From an uncultured Candidatus Saccharibacteria bacterium (GTDB lineage Bacteria; Patescibacteriota; Minisyncoccia; Sungbacterales; HO2-52-23): a stretch of DNA of 51,230 nt. Under the pieces are notes generated by a model that was not told the origin of the DNA, ran no database searches, and saw only the letters and a program-made list of their open reading frames with translations. Numbering within the stretch: the stretch's first letter is position 1; each line of letters starts with the position of its first letter. The DNA lies in NCBI GenBank assembly GCA_964501445.1, contig CAZCSJ010000003.1, forward strand, positions 1 through 51,230, written 5' to 3'. Shown here in pieces: positions 16,801 through 24,400 of this stretch. Both the position numbers and the translations under genes were made by a program.

Positions 16801-16904
16801 GGTGTGTAGTGTTAATTAATGTTGATTGATTTGAGTATAGCGAATGGAGTATACGCGGTCAAGCGGCATCCTCACTCCATGAATTTGCTTTTTCTTTGGG
16901 GACG

Positions 16905-16913
16905 TGGTATAAG
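16905..16913 (+). promoter_or_regulatory. Candidate extended -10 promoter (TGgTATAAG) of the DGR target gene
   Basis: It lies 91 nt upstream of ATG 17004. A homologous TGGTATAGA sits at the same distance upstream of the paralogous module at 38707. Confidence 0.45.
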
Positions 16914-17003
16914 AAAATCCAGTTCTTGGCGTCAAAGATTCTGCAACGGGCGGAATGGGCGCAAAAAAAGTCCCGTTGAGGCGGGACGGAAAGGAGAATC
17001 GTC

Positions 17004-17648
17004 ATGGCACAGCGTGTCGAGGCGAATCTGTATGTGGAGTTGGATGGACAACTTCAGGAAATCAAGCGACAACTCCGTCAATCCTCGGGGTATCCGTTCG
17101 ACCCCGAAAAACTGAAGATCGCGCTTCAAGGAATCGTCGAGGGGCGGTTCGATAATGGCAAAGTCGCCGAGTCGATCCTCGAGTTTGTCGGCACCGTCGC
17201 CATCCAGGCTCTCCCGAAGTTTGTCGCGAAGGATAACTTCGCGCAGAACACCGGGGAAAAGGCCAAAGTAAAGATCTCCTATGTGGGGGATAATTTCAAG
17301 GCGTGGTTCGGCGACAAGATCGAGGAGCCCGTGGCGGAGCATACGCTCCGTTACGCAAAACTCTTGAAGTCTTCGGTTGATGGTCCGATCCGCGCCGAGA
17401 TCGGTGCTGATCATGAGGAGACCACTCTGGGCGCGGTTCACGCGCTCATGGGCCTCCAGCCGAACGGCGAAGATGGCGTGTTGCTAAAGAACGGCTACGC
17501 CAACATCTTCTACGTGAAGGATGTTGGCGGAACGCTCCAGGCGGTGCGCGTCGGCTGGGACGATGACGGTTGGAACGTCAGTGCCAGCTCCGTCACGAAT
17601 CCGGGTGGGTGGGGTGACGGGTACCAGGTTTTCTCTCGCAATTCCTAG
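17004..17648 (+). CDS. DGR variable (target) protein, probable C-type-lectin-fold ligand-binding protein
   Basis: 214-aa ORF. The last ~37 codons (LQAVRVGWDDDGWNVSASSVTNPGGWGDGYQVFSRNS) are the VR matching the TR at 17991-18100. The first ~52 aa are paralogous to the ORF at 38707. Confidence 0.85.
   Translation: MAQRVEANLYVELDGQLQEIKRQLRQSSGYPFDPEKLKIALQGIVEGRFDNGKVAESILEFVGTVAIQALPKFVAKDNFAQNTGEKAKVKISYVGDNFKAWFGDKIEEPVAEHTLRYAKLLKSSVDGPIRAEIGADHEETTLGAVHALMGLQPNGEDGVLLKNGYANIFYVKDVGGTLQAVRVGWDDDGWNVSASSVTNPGGWGDGYQVFSRNS
17534..17643 (+). repeat. DGR variable repeat (VR)
   Basis: 110 nt align without gaps to the TR. Of 16 mismatches, 14 lie where the TR has adenine. Confidence 0.9.
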
Positions 17649-17990
17649 GATCTCTGGGTTTTGGATTCTTTGAGTCTGATCCCTTTGACCCTTTTATTCT
17701 TTGTCCCTTGGCTCACGCCCGGGGACATTTGTATTTATGACAAATTTTAAAAAGATTGATAAGATGTATATGGATCCGTAAGATACGGAGCGGCTACGGC
17801 TTCTCCGACATGGGTCTGGAATACTTTTCGCCGGAGTTACAGCGGATACGTCTTCTGTAAGAGTGTGATACGTATTTCAAAAAAACACAGGAATTGGTAC
17901 CGGCTGCTGGTGGGCTTTGATGCCCCACATACGATACAGCCCCACGAGTATTCAAGGGGCAGTGGCATAGATGGCTTTCGGTACGAGAGT

Positions 17991-18100
17991 GCTCCAGGCG
18001 GTGAACGTCAACTGGAACGATGACGGTTGGAACGTCAATGCCAACTCCGTCACGAATCCGAATGAGTGGAATGACGGTAACCAGGTTTTCTCTCGAAACT
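17991..18100 (+). repeat. DGR template repeat (TR)
   Basis: This is the non-coding copy of the VR, rich in AAC/AAT codons (gtg aac gtc aac tgg aac ... aat gcc aac ... aat ccg aat gag tgg aat gac ggt aac). The overlapping ORF at 17971-18231 is judged spurious. Confidence 0.9.
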
Positions 18101-18109
18101 GCTGTATTT

Positions 18110-18140
18110 CTCCCGCTCTACCGAGCGGGAGTTTTGTTTT
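18110..18140 (+). terminator. Hairpin plus T-tract immediately after the TR, overlapping the avd stop codon
   Basis: ctcccgctc-tacc-gagcgggag followed by ttttgtttt. The loop contains the complement of the avd TAG stop. Confidence 0.6.
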
Positions 18141-18465
18141 CAATACCCTTTATCCACCCGCCGAGCATCTTGCCGATTTCGTTCAGCGCTTCCGAGATTT
18201 GCGTATATTTTTTAGTATCGAGAGTTTTTAATTCCCACGCCACCTGCAGAAAGAATTTTAATATATCTAGTTTGCCGTTTGCTTTTTGTAGTATGGGAAG
18301 CTTCTGTTCTTTGGACAGGTAGCTTGCGATAAAGAGAAGTTCTATTGTGTCGAGAAAAAGATTTTCAATTTTTGCCCCGATCGTGAATCGGGATTGCTTT
18401 GGGATGTGATTACGGAATACGTGCCATAGCTTGTATGCTGAAATAAATTTCTGAATAATAGGCAA
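18118..18465 (-). CDS. avd: Four-helix-bundle protein, DGR accessory variability determinant (Avd)-like
   Basis: 115-aa ORF resembling the 23S-rRNA-IVS / Avd family (...LDILKFFLQVAWELKTLDTKKYTQISEALNEIGKMLGGWIKG). It lies between the TR and the RT but on the opposite strand. Confidence 0.75.
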   Translation of the reverse strand: MPIIQKFISAYKLWHVFRNHIPKQSRFTIGAKIENLFLDTIELLFIASYLSKEQKLPILQKANGKLDILKFFLQVAWELKTLDTKKYTQISEALNEIGKMLGGWIKGIENKTPAR

Positions 18466-18500
18466 AACTCCCGAGGGGGGGGCTTAGATGAAGCGTTATT

Positions 18501-19499
18501 ATGAAATTGCAATTGAGCCATACGTTCGAAGATATTGTTAAAGTTGAAAATCTCTTGGAGGCATGGAGGGAATTTGTCCGCGGGAAACGGAGCAAGCGCG
18601 ATGTCCAAGAGTTTTCCTTTTCGTTAATGGATAGTATTTTCGCGCTTCACGGTGATCTCCGAAATCATACCTACTCCCACGGGCTGTATCAAGGGTTTTC
18701 AATCCATGACCCGAAGCCGAGGAGTATCCACAAAGCCACGGTACGCGACCGGCTTTTACATCACGCCATCTATCGGGCGCTGTATCCGTTTTTTGACAGG
18801 ACGTTTATCGAAGATTCGTATTCATGTAGGGTCAGGAAAGGAACCCACAAAGCAATGGCGTGTTTCAGGGAGTTTGGCTATCGGGTCAGTAAAAACAATA
18901 CGAAAACCTGCTGGGTGCTCAAATGTGACATCAAAAAGTTTTTTGCAAGTATTGACCAGGCGGTACTCCTCGAAATCCTCGGGCAGTATATTCCGGATAA
19001 AAAGATACTTTTGCTCCTGGATCGGGTGATCGGCAGTTTCGAGAGTACTGCTCCGGGCAAGGGTTTACCGCTTGGTAATCTCACCTCGCAACTTCTCGTG
19101 AATATCTACATGAATGAATTTGACCAGTTTGCGAAGCACACTCTGAAAGCCCGGCAGTATATCCGCTACGCGGATGACTTTGTGATTTTTTCGGAAGATA
19201 AAGAGCGGCTGGAAGAGTTGATACCGAGAATTGAGGAGTTTCTCGGAAGTCATCTGCGCCTCCGTCTTCATCCCGACAAGGTTTTTATCAAAACCTTTGC
19301 CTCGGGAGTGGACTTTCTCGGATGGGTGCATTTTCCGGATCATCGGGTGCTGCGCACCGCCACAAAACGGAGAATGATGAAAAAACTGGAGCAGTCGAAT
19401 TTACCCGAGACCCTTCAATCCTATTTGGGTTTATTGGGCCATGGAAATACCTATAAAATAAGGAAACAAATAGGGCGTGATTTTTCAGTTACTCTATGA
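18501..19499 (+). CDS. DGR reverse transcriptase
   Basis: 332-aa ORF with RT motifs (KPRSIHKATVRDRLLHHA; SYSCRVRKGTHKA), the DGR-typical motif-4 LPLGNLTSQLLVNIYMNEFD and the catalytic box YIRYADDFVIF. Confidence 0.9.
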   Translation: MKLQLSHTFEDIVKVENLLEAWREFVRGKRSKRDVQEFSFSLMDSIFALHGDLRNHTYSHGLYQGFSIHDPKPRSIHKATVRDRLLHHAIYRALYPFFDRTFIEDSYSCRVRKGTHKAMACFREFGYRVSKNNTKTCWVLKCDIKKFFASIDQAVLLEILGQYIPDKKILLLLDRVIGSFESTAPGKGLPLGNLTSQLLVNIYMNEFDQFAKHTLKARQYIRYADDFVIFSEDKERLEELIPRIEEFLGSHLRLRLHPDKVFIKTFASGVDFLGWVHFPDHRVLRTATKRRMMKKLEQSNLPETLQSYLGLLGHGNTYKIRKQIGRDFSVTL

Positions 19500-19511
19500 T
19501 ACTATTGTTCC

Positions 19512-21323
19512 ATGTTTCGCCTAAAATTACGAGAGGCAATCAAGGGGGCAATAAAAGAAAAATTCAGGAATATTGAATCTCCTGATTTTTCGGTGGAGGT
19601 GCCGGAAAACTCCGCGCATGGCGATTATGCCACGAACGTCGCGATGGTGCTGGCAAAGGTATTGAAAAAGCCGCCGATGGCGATCGCGGAGGCGATTGCA
19701 CGGGGATTAGGAAGTCCTTCGACGGGCTCGGGAGATAATGGTAGCCCTTCGACGAGCTCAGGGCATATTACACGGGTGGAGGTTGTGGCGCCCGGGTTTA
19801 TTAATTTTACCGTCAGCGATGAAGCATTACTGCAGGCGCTACAAGACGTAGTGGCACATCCGGAAAAGTGGGGGAAATCGGATGTCGGGAAAAGCAAGAA
19901 GGTTATCGTTGAGTATTTTCAGTTGAATATCGCAAAGCGGCCGCATGTGGGGCATTTGCGTTCTGCAGTAATTGGCGATGCGCTCAAGCGTATGCTTCGC
20001 GCGGAAGGGTACAACGCCATTTCCGACACCCATGTGGGAGATTGGGGCACGCAGTTCGGGATTTTGCTTTTGCAATATAGAGAGGAAGGAGAGCCGGCAA
20101 TAAACGAGCAAGACCCTTTTGATGAACTGGAAAAAATATACCAACGAGGCGCCCAGCGCGCCGAGGCAGATACCGAGTGGCGCGAGAAGGCAAAAGGAGA
20201 ATTTGCAAAACTTGAGAAAGGGGATACAGAAAGGAGAAAGATATGGCAGTGGATGGTGGATGTGTCCATGAAAAAATTGGAAGAAAGCGCGGAGCGCCTC
20301 GGGCTTCTCCCATTTGACGAGCATCGCGGCGAGAGCGCGTATGAAGACGCGATGCCGCCGATTATAGATGAGGCATTACAAAAAGGCGTTGCGAAAAAAA
20401 ATGAGGACGGATCGGTGGTCGTGGATCTCTCGGAGGATGCGCTTGATGAAGCGGTATTGATAAAGTCCGATGGCGCAACGACGTATCTGCTCCGCGATCT
20501 TGCGGCGTTGAAATATCGCACGTCGCATCACGAATTTTTTGAGAATCTCTATGTGGTGGATGTGCGCCAAACCCATCATTTCCGGCAGGTGTTTCGGGTT
20601 GCGGAACTGCTCGGGTGGCGCGGTGTATCGGGAAGTCGTCACATCGCATTCGGATTTATGACGCTTCCTGAAGGCCCCATGAGCACGCGCAAAGGCACGG
20701 CGATTTCGCTTGATGCGGTGTTGGATGAAGCGGAGAGGCGCGCACGCGCAATAATTCAAGAAAAGAATCCGGAACTTGCGAATAGAGAAGAAGTCGCCCA
20801 AATGGTGGGTCTCGGCGCGCTGAAGTACTTTGACCTCTCACACAACAGAAAATCTGATATAGTATTTGATTGGGACCGCGCGCTCGCGTTTGAGGGAAAT
20901 ACAGGGCCTTATCTTCAGTATACGCACGCACGTCTCCGGAGTATTTTAAGAAAAGTAAATCCTTCGACAAGCTCAGGAAATATCTCCGGAGAGAAATCAA
21001 CAAGAGGAAATATCTCCCGAGCGAAGTCGAGGGACAACCTACAAGCGAGCGAATTGGATCCGCTTGAGCACCACATTGCGGCTTCAATCCTCCGTTTTCC
21101 CGAAGCAATTGAAGATACGTTGAAAGAGTACTTTCCGAATGTCCTTGTAAATTATTTATACCACCTCGCGCAGGTAGCAAATGAGTTTTACCACTCCCAT
21201 CCCGTGATGCAGGAGGAAGACGCAAAAAAACGCGCGGTGCGCGTGGCATTGGTGTCGGCCGCGGCAACAACGCTCAAAAATGGTTTAGGACTTCTCGGCA
21301 TTGAGGCGCCGGAGGAAATGTGA
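19512..21323 (+). CDS. argS: Arginine--tRNA ligase
   Basis: 603-aa ORF with an ArgRS N-domain (GDYATNVAM), the HIGH-region variant (AKRPHVGHLRSAVIGD) and a DALR anticodon-binding C-terminus. It contains two repeat-derived insertions. Confidence 0.93.
   Translation: MFRLKLREAIKGAIKEKFRNIESPDFSVEVPENSAHGDYATNVAMVLAKVLKKPPMAIAEAIARGLGSPSTGSGDNGSPSTSSGHITRVEVVAPGFINFTVSDEALLQALQDVVAHPEKWGKSDVGKSKKVIVEYFQLNIAKRPHVGHLRSAVIGDALKRMLRAEGYNAISDTHVGDWGTQFGILLLQYREEGEPAINEQDPFDELEKIYQRGAQRAEADTEWREKAKGEFAKLEKGDTERRKIWQWMVDVSMKKLEESAERLGLLPFDEHRGESAYEDAMPPIIDEALQKGVAKKNEDGSVVVDLSEDALDEAVLIKSDGATTYLLRDLAALKYRTSHHEFFENLYVVDVRQTHHFRQVFRVAELLGWRGVSGSRHIAFGFMTLPEGPMSTRKGTAISLDAVLDEAERRARAIIQEKNPELANREEVAQMVGLGALKYFDLSHNRKSDIVFDWDRALAFEGNTGPYLQYTHARLRSILRKVNPSTSSGNISGEKSTRGNISRAKSRDNLQASELDPLEHHIAASILRFPEAIEDTLKEYFPNVLVNYLYHLAQVANEFYHSHPVMQEEDAKKRAVRVALVSAAATTLKNGLGLLGIEAPEEM
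19716..19763 (+). repeat. Tandem CCTTCGACGRGCTCRGG arms, in frame in argS
   Basis: ccttcgacgggctcggg...cccttcgacgagctcaggg encodes SPSTGSGDNGSPSTSSG, inside the ArgRS N-terminal domain. Confidence 0.7.
20961..21033 (+). repeat. Palindromic CCTTCGACAAGCTCAGG...CGAGCGAAGTCGAGGG element, in frame in argS
   Basis: It encodes PSTSSGNISGEKSTRGNISRAKSRD. It has imperfect inverted arms and an internal direct repeat (ggaaatatctcc, twice). Confidence 0.75.
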
Positions 21324-21416
21324 GGCGCTTCGCTATACGATGCGAATATACGAATTATACCAATGATACAAATATTCGTATGATTAGTATGCATTAGTAT
21401 ATTAGCATCGCGGTAT
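21324..21416 (+). repeat. GCGAAT-rich intergenic cassette, copy B
   Basis: gatgcgaatatacgaattataccaatgatacaaat...tatgattagtatgcattagtatattagcatcgcggtat runs up to the ileS ATG. It is very similar to 49508-49624. Confidence 0.75.
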
Positions 21417-24400
21417 ATGTCTAACGAAAAAACAAAATTTAATCTCCCTCAGGAGGAAGAGAAAATCCTGAAATTCTGGGAAGAACAGAGAGTTTTTGAG
21501 AAAACCCTTGCGCAAAAGAAAGGGCAGAAGACGTTTGTATTTTATGAGGGGCCGCCCACGGCAAACGGCCTTCCCGGGCTTCACCACATGCTCGCGCGGT
21601 CGTTCAAAGACATCATCTGCCGCTACAAAACCATGCGGGGTTTTTATGTCCCGCGCCGCGCGGGTTGGGACACGCACGGGCTTCCGGTGGAAATTGAAGT
21701 GGAGAAACAGCTCGGGTTCAAAACAAAGCAGGATATTGAGCGCTACGGCATCGGGAAGTTCAATCAGAAAGCAAAAGAATCGGTATGGAAGTATAAAAAC
21801 GAGTGGGAGCAATTTACCCGACGGATGGGGTTTTGGATTGATTTACAGAATCCCTATATCACATATGAAACATCATATATAGAAACCCTTTGGTGGATTA
21901 TCAAAGAATTTTGGAAGAAGAAATTGCTCGTCCGCGATTTTAAATCCGTGCCATGGTGTCCGCGCTGTATGACAGGGCTCTCAAGCCACGAAGTGGGGCA
22001 GGGCTACAAGCGCGTGAAAGATGCATCGGTATATGTGAAATTGAAAATTAAGGGAAAAGAGAATGAATATCTTTTGGTGTGGACGACTACTCCATGGACG
22101 CTTCCGGCAAATGTTGCGGTCGTGGTAAATCCCGGAATTGAATACACGAAATTCAAAGTGGGAGACCAGTATCTCTGGTCCAGCCGGCCGATTGCAGGAG
22201 AGTGGGACGCAAAGATCGCGGTCGCGGAGCGGGCATCGGGCAAAACGCTTGTAGGTATTGAGTACGAGCCGCTCTACCGCGTGCCAAGAGAGTATTCTCT
22301 TGGAATTGAGCCGCCCTATCGGGTATTTCCCGCGGATTTCGTGTCCGTGGAGGACGGCACGGGATTTGTGCATATTGCCCCTGCGTTCGGAGAAGATGAT
22401 TTGAATTTGATGAAATCTGTTTATGCACGTCACCCTGAACGCAATGGTCATCCTGAATCCTTCGATGGTCATTCTGATCCGCCAGCTGGCGGAGAAGAAT
22501 CTCAGGATAAACTCCGTGAAGGATCTCGGGATCCTTCGGCCTCGCCTCAGGATGACGATATGCCTCGGGATGATGGACGCCACTTCTTGTATCCCATTCT
22601 CCAAACCGTCAACCCCGACGGCACAATGAAAAGAGGAGTCATCGGCGAAGGGAAGTTCGTCAAGGAGGCGGATAAGGATATTGTCGCAGATTTGAGGAGC
22701 CGCCACCTGCTCTATAAGGAAGAGCAGTATGAACACGAGTATCCGTTTTGCTGGCGGTGTGCGACCCCGCTCCTCTACATGGCGCGCGAGGCGTGGTGGG
22801 TAAAAACGACAAAAGTAAAATCCGCGTTGCTGAAAAACAATGACACCATCAACTGGATCCCGGCGCATGTAGGGCGCGGGAGATTTGGCGAGTTTTTGCG
22901 CGAGAATCGCGACTGGGCGTTTTCCCGCGAGCGGTACTGGGGAACTCCGCTTCCCATTTGGGAGTGCGGGAAGTGTGGAGAACGCGATGTTATCGGATCG
23001 CGCGAGGAACTTGCGGCACGCGCGGCGCATCCCCACAACCGCTACCTCATCATGCGTCACGGCGAGTCGGAAAATAATGTGAAGGGAATTTTAAATTTTT
23101 CCATTGCAAAAAACCATTGGCATTTGACACTTCGCGGGAGAACGCAGGTAGAAAAAGCAGTAAAAGCGCTTCAGAAACAGAGCGTTGATGTGATTCTCAC
23201 TTCTGATTTTCTCCGCGCAAAAGAAACCGCGGATATCATGGGACGCACATTTAAAGTTCCCGTGCGCACTGATGCGCGGCTGCGGGAAGTTGAGGATCGC
23301 GCGTTTGACGGCAAGACCGTGAAAGAGTATGGCGACTGTTTTGTTTTTCACGGCGCACGGTTTCGTTCAGAAATGCTCGGCCTTGAGCCAATGGCGCACC
23401 TCCGCGCGCGCGTGCTTGCCGTAGTTCGCGATTGTGAAAAGAAATATAAAGGAAAGACGATTCTTCTCGTGAGCCATGATTATCCGCTCTGGATGCTTAC
23501 CGCGGGCGCGGAGGGGCTCACGGATGAGGAGACGATTTTGCGCCACAGCGGCAAATGCACAGAACATTTTCTGCCCAATGCCGGAGTGGAGGAGTTGGAG
23601 TATCGCGTGCTCCCGCGCGATGAGACCGGCGCGGTGAATCTCCATAAGCCGTATGTGGATGACGTTACGTTTTCCTGCGAGAAGTGTAAAGGTACGATGC
23701 GCCGCGTGCCGGAAGTGGCGGATGTCTGGTTTGATCCAGGAAGTATGCCGTTTGCCCAGGCACATTTCCCATTCCGGCAAAATCGTCATCCTGAGAGAGC
23801 GAAGCGAACGAAGGATCTTGAGATTCTTCTCCGCCAGTTGTCGGATCAGAATGACAATGGCTATTATTTTCCCGCCGATTACATCTCTGAAGCCGTAGAT
23901 CAAACCCGCGGGTGGTTTTATACGCTCCTTGCCGTTGCGACACTCCTCGGGAAAAAGGCGCCCTATAAAAACGTGATTTCGCTTGGCCATGTGCTGGATA
24001 AAAATGGTCAGAAAATGTCCAAGTCCAAAGGCAATGTCGTGGATCCCAACGAAATGATGGGGAAATACGGCGCAGATGCGCTCCGCTGGTATTTTTACAC
24101 CGTGAACGCCCCGGGAGAGGCGAAACATTTTGACGAAAAAGATGTGGCAGGGAAGCTCCGCGGATTTCTGATGACGCTTTGGAATAGTTTTCTCCTCTTT
24201 GATACTTATGTGAAGAAATCTACAACCTACAACCTACAACCTAAAACCTTGTATATCCTTGACCGCTGGATTCTCACGCGGCTCGATATGCTGGTTGCCG
24301 ATGCAACCAAGAAACTTGATGCGTATGACATCACGGGCGCTGCGCGCGCGATTGAAGAGTTTCTTATTAATGATTTTTCTCAGTGGTATCTGCAGCTTTC

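Noticed and set aside
17971-18231. 86-aa plus-strand ORF resembling the C-terminus of the DGR target protein
   Set aside because: It is simply the translation of the template repeat (TR). It has no upstream N-terminal domain or SD, and it runs through the terminator hairpin and antisense into avd. It is treated as non-coding TR.
16209-19511. DGR island integrated at the tmRNA gene (classical ssrA attachment site)
   Set aside because: Islands integrate at the 3' end of ssrA. Here the tmRNA 3' end faces infC, and the DGR lies beyond smpB on the 5' side. No duplicated tmRNA 3' fragment was seen.
21981-23060. 359-aa minus-strand ORF, with similar long antisense ORFs at 23367-24128, 41555-42316, 48610-49227, 19919-20521, 6499-7035 and 24707-25324
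   Set aside because: Each lies entirely antisense to a plus-strand gene with strong family motifs (ileS, sucC-like, glyA, argS and others). Their translations are low-complexity and Arg/Pro/Ser-rich, typical of shadow ORFs in GC-balanced DNA. No motifs were recognised.
23035-23630. Intein or separate inserted gene as the explanation for the extra segments in IleRS (and in LeuRS, 36235-36785)
   Set aside because: There are no intein splice-junction residues or blocks (no Cys/Ser/Thr plus ...HN-Cys/Ser/Thr pattern at the borders). There are no internal start or stop codons and no SD. The segments resemble ordinary enzyme domains, so in-frame domain insertion is the simpler reading.
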